This document shows, in pieces, positions 9,641 through 18,818 of a DNA stretch of 64,000 nt. Source of the stretch: Chloroflexota bacterium (GTDB lineage Bacteria; Chloroflexota; UBA11872). Numbering within the stretch: the first letter of the stretch is position 1; the number at the start of each line of letters is the position of its first letter. A program made the translations under genes and the position numbers. The stretch lies in NCBI GenBank assembly GCA_965198185.1, contig CBDAOU010000002.1, forward strand, positions 1,986,904-2,050,903. Direction: 5' to 3'. Under the pieces are notes generated by a model. The model did no database searches, had not been told where the DNA came from, and was given only the letters and a program-made list of their open reading frames with translations.

Positions 9641-10138
9641 CTAAGGCTGCGCCGGTCCGGCCAGCCGCGCCAGCAGATCGGCGAGACTCCGCAGCGGGCC
9701 GCGGTCCAGCGCGGCGTCGAGCGCCAGCGAGACGACGCAAACACCGAAGAGCGCCCATCCGAGCGGGTAAACGCCTACCGCTACGAATACCGCGCCGGCA
9801 AGCGCCACGGTGCCCGTCAAGGCGTCGGCGCGTTCGAACGTCAGCTGAGGCTCGGGCGCGTGTTGGCCTCGCAACGGCGCGAAGAGCCATCGGTGCAGGG
9901 CGCGCGGCGGGCTGAGGCGGGAATTCATCGACCCGGCAAGTTGGACGAGCACGCCCAGCAGCGTGAGCCACGGCGCGACCGCGGTGCTCGCCACGACGAT
10001 GCCGAGGGCATACCACGCCGCCAGTGCGCCTTGGTGGAACCGACGCTCGGCGCGGTCGCCGGCTGGGCCGCGCGTCAAGCGGTCACTCGTCCCGGTCGCG
10101 GTTCGCGGTAGCGCAGCGCCAGGCGCGCCAGTCGCAAC
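9641..10138 (-). CDS. Putative integral membrane protein. Start very uncertain.
   Basis: Only the C-terminal roughly 150 aa of the 284-aa ORF look protein-like (multi-TM: AWYALGIVVASTAVAPWLTLLGVLVQLAG...). The N-terminal part is Arg/Pro-rich and probably untranslated. Confidence 0.25.
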   Translation of the reverse strand, partial: VATGAPGAALPRTATGTSDRLTRGPAGDRAERRFHQGALAAWYALGIVVASTAVAPWLTLLGVLVQLAGSMNSRLSPPRALHRWLFAPLRGQHAPEPQLTFERADALTGTVALAGAVFVAVGVYPLGWALFGVCVVSLALDAALDRGPLRSLADLLARLAGPAQP

Positions 10139-10317
10139 ATGGCACGCTGATCGGGGCGGCGGCGGTCGGGCCTGTACAGCCGCAGGCGCCGCAACCGGAG
10201 TACGGTGAACAACAGCATGAACGCGATCTGGAAGACGCGGCGCGGCGTCGGAATCCCCGGGTCGATACTGCCGACGGGCGCGATGCGCAGGACCACTGTT
10301 GATACTCCGGCCCATGC

Positions 10318-11868
10318 GTGTTTGGATGGTCGACTCGAATGGTAGCCGGTGCCCGACGTCGCCTGACGCGAGCGGGGCCTCCAGCCGCCGTGGCAATGGC
10401 GTCGGGCGCGCTCTATGCCGCGAGCTTTCCGCCGCTCTCGTGGACGGCGTTGGGCTTTGTTGCCTGGGTGCCGCTGATGCTGGCGGTGCACGCACCCGCC
10501 CGCTCGAATGCGGCGGCGCGGGTGCTGGCGGGACTCGGTTGCGGCACGCTCTTCGGTCTTCTCGCGCTGAGCATCGATCCGCCGGAAGTAGTCACCGGTC
10601 CCACATGGGTTGGGGTGAGCGTGGCGGTCGCCGCGGCGTTTGGCCTCGCGGCGGGGCTGCTGGCCGTGCCGGTGCTGACGCCGCGCCTGCATGCGGCGCT
10701 GCGTGGCTGGGGGATCGTGTGGCTGCCGGCCCTGGTGTGGGCGGGCATCGAGTACCTGCGGCTGGTGACCACGGCGGGCCATCAGTGGGGCATGACCGCC
10801 ACCGCGCAGATCGACGTCGCGCCGCTGCGGGCGTTCCTGCCGCTGGCTGGCATGTGGCCGGTGCCGATCGTCGTGATGGCCACCAACGGCGCCATCGTGG
10901 CGCTCATTCTGGCCGCGCGGGGCCGGTGGATCGGGTCGCGGCCGGCCCTGGGCTGGACCGTGGGCGCGGTGGCGGCGGCCTGGATCCTCGGCGGAATTCT
11001 TGCGCTGCTGCCGCCGCCGGCCGCAACCGGCACGCTGCGCGCGGCCGTGGTGCAGCCGGGCGAGCACGTGCCGGATCACCCCCTCACGCGACCGCTCATC
11101 GTGCGCCGCCAATACGCCGAACTCACCGAGGTCATTACGGCGCTGCACGCGCCGCCAACCGCCGCGGCAAAGGGCGCCCAACTGGTGGTGTGGCCGGAGG
11201 CCTCGGGCTGGGTCGATCCGCTGACGCCGACCGGACAGGCCCTGGCCCAGCAGGTGGCCGACGTGGCGGTGCGGTCGGACACGACGATCGTGTGGCCCTA
11301 TTTCATGCGCATCGACGGCGATCGCACGCGCAACGAAGCCGTGCTTGTCTATCCCGATAGGCGGCTCTCGGCCCCCACGACCAAGGCGCATCCGGTTTGG
11401 GTGATCGGTGAGCGCAGCATCACTGCCGACCTGCACCCCGTCTACGCGGTCGACGGAGTGACCCTGGGGCTGGCGCTGGGGCCGGATGGCAGCTACACGG
11501 ACGCCCTGGCGCGGCTGGCCCGGGACGGCGCCCAGGTCGTGGCGGTGCCCACGCACGACTGGGCCGCCTATGCCGGCACGCAGCTGGCGCACCTGCGCGT
11601 GCGGGCGGCCGAGCACCGCGTGGCGATTGTCAAAGCCGACTGGCGCTACGGCTCGGCGATCGTCGCTCCCGATGGAAGCATCGTCGCGGCAACGCCCGTC
11701 GCCACTCCGCTGGAAACCATGCTGGTGGCAGACGTGGCGGTTATGACGCCGGGCACTCCCTATAGCGCCAGCGGTGACTGGCTGGGGGTTGTGAGCCTTG
11801 TCACTGCCGTGGGGGCGGTTGCGGCCGCCGTCGTGACGGGGCGCCTGGGCCGCCGGCGTTCGAGCTAG
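10318..11868 (+). CDS. lnt: Apolipoprotein N-acyltransferase-like protein: N-terminal polytopic domain plus C-terminal carbon-nitrogen hydrolase fold.
   Basis: N-terminal 6-TM region followed by nitrilase-superfamily motifs (VVWPEASGW and the TKAHPV lysine region). No Cys is present in the C-terminal domain (see findings). Confidence 0.65.
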   Translation: MFGWSTRMVAGARRRLTRAGPPAAVAMASGALYAASFPPLSWTALGFVAWVPLMLAVHAPARSNAAARVLAGLGCGTLFGLLALSIDPPEVVTGPTWVGVSVAVAAAFGLAAGLLAVPVLTPRLHAALRGWGIVWLPALVWAGIEYLRLVTTAGHQWGMTATAQIDVAPLRAFLPLAGMWPVPIVVMATNGAIVALILAARGRWIGSRPALGWTVGAVAAAWILGGILALLPPPAATGTLRAAVVQPGEHVPDHPLTRPLIVRRQYAELTEVITALHAPPTAAAKGAQLVVWPEASGWVDPLTPTGQALAQQVADVAVRSDTTIVWPYFMRIDGDRTRNEAVLVYPDRRLSAPTTKAHPVWVIGERSITADLHPVYAVDGVTLGLALGPDGSYTDALARLARDGAQVVAVPTHDWAAYAGTQLAHLRVRAAEHRVAIVKADWRYGSAIVAPDGSIVAATPVATPLETMLVADVAVMTPGTPYSASGDWLGVVSLVTAVGAVAAAVVTGRLGRRRSS

Positions 11869-11943
11869 CTGCGCTTCCAGCACGGCTTGGGAGCCGCGTT
11901 AGATGGCTTCGTCCCGATGCGGGTCTTTGTCACCAGGGCTCGG

Positions 11944-13350
11944 CTAGCGTCTCCCAATGGCGTCCATGTGCGCCAGGAAGGCCTCGCGCACTCGCCGGCG
12001 GCGCGTCGCATCCGTGTCCGCATCGCCTGATCGCAAGACGTAGAGCCGGGCGAGACGCTCGGGTTGCCCGGCCGCGCCCTGCAGCGCCGAGCCCGGGATC
12101 TCGGCAATAGGACGCAGCTCCCCGCCGGGGTCGCCCACCAGCGGCATCTCACCGGCGCCCTGGTTCCCGTCGCTGTCCGCCACACCCGTGACGACTTGAT
12201 CGGTGAAGAAGATCTCACCAACATCGACCCCTGCAGCGGCGGCAATCGCGACCCTGGCCGCATTGAACGCCGCCAATACGCCGGACTGCGCCTGCCGCCC
12301 GCGAGCACGGTCCTCCCATGCCAGCAGCGGGGGCTGTCGGTCGATGAGGGCGGAGGCAATGCGCGCGGTCATGCCGCGGCCAGCCGGGTCGGCACGGCGC
12401 GCGGCTTCGTTCCACAGCCAGTGATCGTCGAAGCTCCGGAACGTGCCGTCGTCCAGCGCTTGGTGGAGGCCGGCCAGGGAGGTGAAGGGCGCACCGTCCC
12501 TCACCGCCAGCGACACCCAGAACGCCGCCACAAGCACCGAAAACGCGGTGACAGTCTTGTGAAAGATCACCTGGCTATACATGAAGCGCCGGGCCAGCAG
12601 GTAGTGCTCGAGCGCCGGCTGGCCTCGCGTCTCGACGTACACCACGTGATCACCGGTGCCGTCGGGTCCGATCCGCATGCGGCGAACCAGATGCTCGAGC
12701 TCAACCCCGCCGTAGCGCACGCCGGTGTTGTGCGCGTCGCGCAGCAGATAGTCGAGGCGATCGACGTCAAGGTGTGAGCCGATGAGCTGGCGGCGATAGC
12801 GACGGGTGGCGCGGTTCTGCAATAGCTCCCGCACCTCGGCGGCGGCACCGGGTCGGCCCACATAGGCATCGATGCCGTGGCCAAGCGCCGGGTCGCGCTT
12901 GATGATCTCAGCGGCCAGATGCTCGTGGTGCACCTCGGAGTTCGGGGCCGGACTTGAAGCGGCCGTTGCCGCGAGCTGCAGCCAGTCCGCCTCGCACGCT
13001 GGATCCAAGGCGAGCGCTGAAGTGGGAACGGTGGACTGGTGCAGCCGCGCCGCGATCGGCTCCACGACGTGCGACAGGGGATAGTGCCCCAGGTCGTGCA
13101 GCAGTGCCGACGCGCGGAGCAGGCGACCCTCGGCGGCGAGGTCGATACCCGGCGGCGGCTCTGTCGTCTCCAGCCGTCGCCAGACGCGGCGCATGATCTC
13201 CTGGGCCCCGATGGAATGGGCAAAGCGCGTATGCCGCGCGCCGGGGAACACCAGCGAGGCCGTGCCCAGTTGCTCCAGCCGCCGGAGACGCTGCATCGCC
13301 GGATGATCCACCAGCGCCAGCAATGGCGCCTCGATCTCGATCGGCCCCAA
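11944..13350 (-). CDS. HD-domain phosphohydrolase, SAMHD1/dNTP triphosphohydrolase-like (COG1078-type).
   Basis: QRLRRLEQLGTASLVFPGARHTRFAHSIGA and the LLHDLGHYPLSH motif are characteristic of SAMHD1-like HD enzymes. Confidence 0.7.
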   Translation of the reverse strand: MGPIEIEAPLLALVDHPAMQRLRRLEQLGTASLVFPGARHTRFAHSIGAQEIMRRVWRRLETTEPPPGIDLAAEGRLLRASALLHDLGHYPLSHVVEPIAARLHQSTVPTSALALDPACEADWLQLAATAASSPAPNSEVHHEHLAAEIIKRDPALGHGIDAYVGRPGAAAEVRELLQNRATRRYRRQLIGSHLDVDRLDYLLRDAHNTGVRYGGVELEHLVRRMRIGPDGTGDHVVYVETRGQPALEHYLLARRFMYSQVIFHKTVTAFSVLVAAFWVSLAVRDGAPFTSLAGLHQALDDGTFRSFDDHWLWNEAARRADPAGRGMTARIASALIDRQPPLLAWEDRARGRQAQSGVLAAFNAARVAIAAAAGVDVGEIFFTDQVVTGVADSDGNQGAGEMPLVGDPGGELRPIAEIPGSALQGAAGQPERLARLYVLRSGDADTDATRRRRVREAFLAHMDAIGRR

Positions 13351-13486
13351 TACGTTGTCGTGAATGACCGTGGCTATTGCGAGCAGCGCGTCCCCAGCCG
13401 GTCCGGCGTCCGCGCCAGAATATCCGGTGTCTGCGCGGCAGAACTCAACCGACCTGCCAGCCTGGCGCTAGTGGCGCACCGCAGAC

Positions 13487-16042
13487 TCAGCTAACGTCGG
13501 GCACGACGCGCCACAGGCGTGCGCCCGACGCCCCCGGGTCATCCTCCGGCGGATGGTCGGCAAAGAAGTCGACGAAGTAGAGCCCGTCTGCCAAGTAGGC
13601 GACTCCGGTGATCGTGGCAAAGCCGTCGCCGACGTACTTCACGAATACCGTTGGCGCACGTGTCACCGCTCCGCCAGCATCCAGCTGAATCTCCCAGATC
13701 TCCTTGCCCCGATCAACGGGTCCGAGCATGAAGGGGATTCCAAACGCGCCCATATAGAGCCGTCCCTGCCGCTCGGGCGGAAACACCCCGCCACTCGCGA
13801 ACGCCATCCCCACAGGGGCCACGGAGGATGGGCCAAAGAGCCTGAGGGCACCATGTCCGTCCCCGCCCTCCTCGTAGGGCCGGCCGTAGTTTCCGCCGGC
13901 GTCCAGTCGCAGCAGGCGGTCGATTGACTGGCCGTTTTCGGACACATAAATCCCGCCGTCCTCCGGGCGTTGGACAATCGCGAAGACATTCCGCAGCCCC
14001 TTGGCCCATTGGTAGGACAGCGGCGCGTCGGGTGCCGACGGATCGAAACGCGGATTGTCGGCGGGCGCGCGGCCATCTCGCTGCAACCGCAGCACCTTGC
14101 CGCCGAAGACGGCGTCGTCCTGCGCTCGCTCCGGCACTTTGCCATCGCCGACCGCCGCATACAGCCGATCGTCCCGCCCGAAGATCAATCCGTGAATCTG
14201 GTGGGAGATGTCCGTCGCTTCACCATCCATGCGCAACACGTCCACGGCGCGCGCGGCCGTGCGGCCGCCGTCGTCGCTCTCCAACCGCACGATCTTGTTG
14301 AAGAGCTTGCCGTCGCGCTTGTACACGGTCGAGACGAACACGTCGCCCGTGGTCGGATCGACGGCGACGCCTGATGTTCCAGCCTCTCCCGACGGGCGAG
14401 ATGGCGGTTCGTCAAGTTGCTCGTTGAGCACATTCGTCGCATACGTCCACACCGAGCCATCCTTACCCAACGCCTTGACCGAACCTTGGAGCTCGGTGAT
14501 ATAGGCCACGGGCGCGTCCGGGGCGTCCGCTGGCGACGGCACGGGCGCCATCTGGACCGGCAGCGTCAATCCGCCAGCCACCAGCTCGACGCGAAATCCC
14601 GCCGGCACGCGCCACGGCACCGCAGGGGCGCGGCCGCGAGAACCGAAAAGGAGCAGAGGCTGGGGAGGAAAGAGCGTAGTCGACGTAGGGGCGACGCCGA
14701 GTGGCGTGGCCTCCGACTCGAAGTAAAAGGCGCCCTCAGCTGTCGGCGCGCCAATCAGCACACCACCCGGTTGCAGCCGCATCCATGGCAGCCAGACGGT
14801 CCGCCGCGCGCCCGTCCCGTCCAGGAACGAGAGCGTCGACGCCGGGATTTCCAGCCCCGCCGCGCCCACGCTGAATTTGAGGAACACGCTCTCATAGCGT
14901 TCGGCCGGCCCGAAGTCGCGCACATCGTTGATGCCCGATAGGCCCATGATTTCGTGTAGCTGGCTAGTTGACCCGGTGACAAGCAGCGAATTGCCGGCGC
15001 CAAGGGCCACCGGTGCGCCGTCAGACGTCTCCCAGCGCAAGCCGACTGGCTGAATATCACGCAACCGCATCGGTCGGGGCATGGCTTCGTCTTGCGGAAT
15101 CGTGCGCGTCACCGTTGGCGACGACCACGCCGACCATTCGCTCACCGGATCGCCGCTCGAATCCCGGTGGCGGGCACGAATCGCGTACGCCGTGTCGTGC
15201 GCCAGACCCATCCGCCCCGCCAGTCGCCCCTCGAAATTCCCTAGCTCCAGCGTGGCTTGGTCGAGCGGCGCCGCCATGACCGTCACCCCCCACACGCGCA
15301 CGCCATCCTGGATTCTGCGGATCTCAAATTCGGTCGCCGAATGCTGGTCCCCCGGATCCGCGTCGACAAACCCGCCGGTCTGCAGGTGAATGAAGTAGGG
15401 CGAAAGCCCTCGCCACAGCAGCGCTGGTGAGGGCTCCAGAATGGTCGGCGCTCGTGGCGGGATGTTGTCGCTGGCGGCCAGCGCCGGTGGTGTGGTGGGA
15501 GTCGCCGTCACCGGCAGCAGGCCCCTCGTCGGCACGGGGGGCGCCGCGGGCGCCAGCGAAATCCCAGCTGCGTTGGCCAGGGTGAGCGCCCCGGCGCCGC
15601 CCACGCCCCGTTCCGCCAGCACGAACGCAGTGACGGCCAGGTAGTCCTCATCCGTCAGACCTCCCGGTCCCACGCCACCTACGGGCATGCGCTCCTTGAT
15701 GAACTCAAATAGATCTAGCGCCGTGGGAAGCCGGTGGTGCAGACCAGATCGGGAGAGTGCGGGGCCGGCCGTGCCCCCCTCCAGACCCGCCCCGTGGCAT
15801 ACGGAGCAGTGCGCCGCATATACCGTCTGTCCCACCGCCGTGGCTGCCTCCGAGGTGACGTCGGCGCGTGGCTCCGGGGTCACCTCCACAATCGGCGATT
15901 CGGTGCTCCGTTCATCCACTGCCAGCACGACGAGGAAGGCCGCCATGGCAATTGCCGCAGCGGCGATCCCCGGCAATGCGCGGACCACCATTCCGCGGTT
16001 CATATCAATCAGCCAGTGTCCTATCGCCTGCCAGCGTCTCAA
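13487..16042 (-). CDS. Membrane-anchored cytochrome c domain fused to a glucose/sorbosone dehydrogenase-type (GSDH/SDH) beta-propeller. Alternative start at 16003.
   Basis: N-terminal TM segment, a CSVCHG haem-binding site, then the long propeller region with motifs typical of PQQ/soluble aldose dehydrogenases (GLRNVFAIV, IYVSENGQ, GGNYGRP). Confidence 0.65.
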   Translation of the reverse strand: MRRWQAIGHWLIDMNRGMVVRALPGIAAAAIAMAAFLVVLAVDERSTESPIVEVTPEPRADVTSEAATAVGQTVYAAHCSVCHGAGLEGGTAGPALSRSGLHHRLPTALDLFEFIKERMPVGGVGPGGLTDEDYLAVTAFVLAERGVGGAGALTLANAAGISLAPAAPPVPTRGLLPVTATPTTPPALAASDNIPPRAPTILEPSPALLWRGLSPYFIHLQTGGFVDADPGDQHSATEFEIRRIQDGVRVWGVTVMAAPLDQATLELGNFEGRLAGRMGLAHDTAYAIRARHRDSSGDPVSEWSAWSSPTVTRTIPQDEAMPRPMRLRDIQPVGLRWETSDGAPVALGAGNSLLVTGSTSQLHEIMGLSGINDVRDFGPAERYESVFLKFSVGAAGLEIPASTLSFLDGTGARRTVWLPWMRLQPGGVLIGAPTAEGAFYFESEATPLGVAPTSTTLFPPQPLLLFGSRGRAPAVPWRVPAGFRVELVAGGLTLPVQMAPVPSPADAPDAPVAYITELQGSVKALGKDGSVWTYATNVLNEQLDEPPSRPSGEAGTSGVAVDPTTGDVFVSTVYKRDGKLFNKIVRLESDDGGRTAARAVDVLRMDGEATDISHQIHGLIFGRDDRLYAAVGDGKVPERAQDDAVFGGKVLRLQRDGRAPADNPRFDPSAPDAPLSYQWAKGLRNVFAIVQRPEDGGIYVSENGQSIDRLLRLDAGGNYGRPYEEGGDGHGALRLFGPSSVAPVGMAFASGGVFPPERQGRLYMGAFGIPFMLGPVDRGKEIWEIQLDAGGAVTRAPTVFVKYVGDGFATITGVAYLADGLYFVDFFADHPPEDDPGASGARLWRVVPDVS

Positions 16043-16125
16043 GAACCCTGCGCCGCTGGGCGCGCCAGTCTATTACTCGTCTCCGCATTGCACGGCCCGC
16101 TCCGCCGTCGTAGCGTAGGGACACC

Positions 16126-17595
16126 ATGGCCACCGCCGCCGCCTCGACGTTCAGCGTGGGCCGGATCGCGCTTGCCGGCGCGCTGCGCCGCGCCATTGGC
16201 GACGACTGGGTCATGAGCGAGCCCGATGAGGTGGCCATCTACGCCTACGACGGCTCCGTGGAGCACGCGCTGCCCGACGCGGTCGCGTTCCCGCGGGACA
16301 CCGCCGAGGTTCAGGCGGTGGTGCGCATCGCTCACGAGCTTGGCGTGCCGATCATCGGCCGCGGCGCGGGCACCGGGCTCAGCGGCGGCGCCATCGCCGC
16401 GTGCGGCGGCATCGTGGTGAGCACCTCCCGCATGAACCGCATCCTCGAAGTGGACTACCGCAACATGCAGGCCGTGGTGGAAGCCGGCGTGGTGAACGCC
16501 GACCTCAGCGCACACACCTCCGGCTACGGGTTTCACTACGCCCCGGACCCGTCGAGTCAAGCGGCCTGCACCATCGGGGGCAACATCGCCACCAACGCCG
16601 GCGGGCCCCACACCCTGCTCCACGGCGTGACCACCAACCATGTGCTCGGGGTCGAATTCGTCACCCTTGACGGCCGCATCGTCAACGCCGGTGGCCCGGC
16701 CCTGGACCAGCCCGGCTACGACCTGGCGGGGCTCTTTTGCGGCAGCGAGGGAACGCTGGGCATCGCCACCAAGGCCGTCGTGCGCCTGGTCCGCACGCCG
16801 GCTCAGGTGCGCACCATGCTGGCGTCCTTTGCCGAGGTCGCCCAGTCCAGCGCCGCGGTCTCCGGCATCATCGCCGCGGGCATCGTTCCGGCGGCGATGG
16901 AGATGATGGACCAGATCTCGCTGGAGGCCATCTCCCAGTACGTGCCGGCGGCCAGGCTGCCCACCGACCAGGCCGCCGTGCTGCTGATCGAGCTGGAAGG
17001 CGTGGCCGCTGAGCTGGAACCCCTTGAAGCGGCGATCCGCGGCGTGTTCGCCGAGCATGGGGCGCACGAGGTTCGCGTGGCCGCCGACGCGCGCGAGCGC
17101 GCTCTCCTCTGGCTCGGCCGCAAGAGCGCATTCGGCGCCATGGGTCGCATCTCGCCGAACTACTACGTGCAGGACGGTGTGATCCCCCGCACGAAAATCA
17201 CCGACGTGCTGGCGCAAATCGCCGGCGTGAGCGACTTCTTCACGATCCCCATCGCCAACGTCTTTCACGCCGGCGACGGCAACCTGCACCCGCTGCTGCT
17301 GTTCGACGACCGCGAGGCCGGCGCGTTGGACCGCGTGATCGAGTGCGGCACCGCCGTGCTGAAGGTGTGCGCCGACGCGGGCGGCATGCTCAGCGGCGAG
17401 CACGGTATCGGGATGGAGAAGCACCGCAACATGGGGCTCGTGTACAGCGACGCCGACCTGGAGCGCATGCAGCGCCTGCGGCAGGTCTTCAACCCGCGCA
17501 ACCTCTTCAACCCGGGCAAGATCTTCCCCACCGCGGTCTCCTGCGCCGAGGTGAACAACCTGCGCCGCCGCGTCACCGCCGGCGCCCACCCATAA
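16126..17595 (+). CDS. glcD: FAD-linked oxidase (glycolate oxidase subunit GlcD/D-lactate dehydrogenase family).
   Basis: FAD-binding PCMH motifs (GRGAGTGLSGGA) and the C-terminal FAD-oxidase_C region. Confidence 0.8.
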   Translation: MATAAASTFSVGRIALAGALRRAIGDDWVMSEPDEVAIYAYDGSVEHALPDAVAFPRDTAEVQAVVRIAHELGVPIIGRGAGTGLSGGAIAACGGIVVSTSRMNRILEVDYRNMQAVVEAGVVNADLSAHTSGYGFHYAPDPSSQAACTIGGNIATNAGGPHTLLHGVTTNHVLGVEFVTLDGRIVNAGGPALDQPGYDLAGLFCGSEGTLGIATKAVVRLVRTPAQVRTMLASFAEVAQSSAAVSGIIAAGIVPAAMEMMDQISLEAISQYVPAARLPTDQAAVLLIELEGVAAELEPLEAAIRGVFAEHGAHEVRVAADARERALLWLGRKSAFGAMGRISPNYYVQDGVIPRTKITDVLAQIAGVSDFFTIPIANVFHAGDGNLHPLLLFDDREAGALDRVIECGTAVLKVCADAGGMLSGEHGIGMEKHRNMGLVYSDADLERMQRLRQVFNPRNLFNPGKIFPTAVSCAEVNNLRRRVTAGAHP

Positions 17596-17597
17596 GC

Positions 17598-18240
17598 GTC
17601 CCGCCCGCGCCCAAGCTCTGCGCGGTCGTGCTGGCGGCCGGGCGCTCCGAGCGCTTCGGCTCACCCAAGCCGCTAATCCGCTGGGGCAACGTCTCGCTGA
17701 TCGCGCACCAGGTGCGGACGCTCGCGGGCCTCGCAGAGGTGGCTGAAGTGTTTGTCGTCACGGGCCATCGCGCCGACGAGGTGCGCGCGGCGCTGGACGG
17801 CCTACCCGCGCGCACCGTGCACAATCCCGACTACGCGCGCGGCCGCGCCACGTCCGTCGCCTGCGCCGCCCGCGCTATGCCCGAGAACTGCGACCGGAAT
17901 CCTGCTGGCCAGCGTCGACCAGCCGCTGCACCCGGGAGCTCTGGCCGACCTGATCGCCAGTTGGCGCGCTGCGCCCCACGACATCGTCAGGCCGCTGCAC
18001 GAGGGCCAGCACGGTCATCCGGTCATCTTCCCCGGCGATCTGCGCGCCGAGCTGACCGCCGTGGACGACGCCACCGAAGGCCCCCGCGCCGTGGTCCGCC
18101 GCCACGCCGAGCGCCTGCGCGACGCGCCCACCGCCCATCCCCACGTCCTCCTGAACCTGAACACCCGCGCGGCCTACGCCGACGCCCTGGCCGCGTTCGA
18201 CCTGCCCGACTCCGACGCGCCGCCCGACAGCGGGGCATAA
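17598..18240 (+). pseudogene. mocA: MobA-like NTP-transferase (molybdenum-cofactor cytidylyltransferase MocA-like) with a +1 frameshift near 17892-17897. It may be a pseudogene or a sequencing error.
   Basis: Frame A reads CAVVLAAGRSERFGSPKPLI...VHNPDYARGRATSVACAARAMPEN. Frame B continues GILLASVDQPLHPGALADLIASW...GHPVIFPGDL and stops at 18240. The join matches the MocA order (NPDYAQG...GDMP). The start codon is not identifiable. Confidence 0.6.
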
Positions 18241-18251
18241 TGTCGGCCCCG

Positions 18252-18327
18252 GGGCCCATAGCTCAGCTGGAAGAGCGCCTCAATGGCATTGAGGAGGTCG
18301 TCGGTTCAAGTCCGACTGGGTCCACCA
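18252..18327 (+). tRNA. tRNA-Ala (anticodon GGC).
   Basis: Cloverleaf read by hand. Acceptor GGGCCCA pairs with TGGGTCC and carries the G3:U70 Ala identity pair. U8, D-arm GCTC/GAGC, anticodon stem CCTCA/TGAGG, loop AT-GGC-AT, T-arm GTCGG-TTCAAGT-CCGAC, discriminator A, encoded CCA. Confidence 0.9.
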
Positions 18328-18344
18328 TTCGCAGGGTTTTGACC

Positions 18345-18818
18345 TTGACGGCACCAGTTATTGCGCACCGCAACGACTGCATTTACCTAGTCGCTTGCGT
18401 CAAGAAGAAGCGTTCGAAACCAGCAAAGGCGAAGGACCTCTACGAGTCGTCTTTGTTCGTCAAGTCGCGTGCCTATGTCGAGAAGACGGGACGGTCATGG
18501 TTCATTCTGTCCGCCAAGCACGGTCTCGTTCATCCTGAGACGGTCGTTTGCCCCTACGATCGCGCGCTGAACAATATGCGCATCAACGCACGGCGAGCGT
18601 GGGCACGGCAGGTCCTCAGCCAACTTGAACCGCATCTCGACGGAGTCAGCTCCGTCGTATTCCTGGCCGGCGAGCGATATCGGGAGCACCTGAAACCCAA
18701 TATTCGAGCGCGGGGTATCAATGTAATCGTGCCCATGAAGGGACTTCGCATCGGAGAAATGCTTGGTTGGCTGACCGAGAAGTGTCGAGACCACCCGGGC
18801 CAAGGTCAACCGCTGTAG
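18345..18818 (+). CDS. Small conserved hypothetical protein (about 157 aa) with the N-terminal motif IYLVAC-VKKKR and ...WFILSAKHGL...PYD... It lies in a low-GC islet. TTG start (18339 or 18345).
   Basis: Frame continues from the tRNA 3' end. GC content drops sharply relative to the flanks. Protein-like α/β pattern. The family is not confidently named. Confidence 0.5.
   Translation: MTAPVIAHRNDCIYLVACVKKKRSKPAKAKDLYESSLFVKSRAYVEKTGRSWFILSAKHGLVHPETVVCPYDRALNNMRINARRAWARQVLSQLEPHLDGVSSVVFLAGERYREHLKPNIRARGINVIVPMKGLRIGEMLGWLTEKCRDHPGQGQPL

Noticed and set aside
10075-11883. 602-aa minus ORF and 353-aa plus ORF overlapping the lnt-like gene.
   Set aside because: Arg-rich low-complexity sequence, antisense or off-frame to a gene with a clear TM plus CN-hydrolase pattern.
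16039-17664. 541-aa minus ORF opposite glcD.
   Set aside because: Antisense to a strongly supported FAD oxidase. The composition is not protein-like.
17343-18818. 491-aa plus ORF spanning the glcD 3' end, the mocA fragment, the tRNA and the islet gene.
   Set aside because: This is a read-through artefact of a frame that stays open. It was split into the frameshifted mocA-like gene, tRNA-Ala and the 18345-18818 gene.
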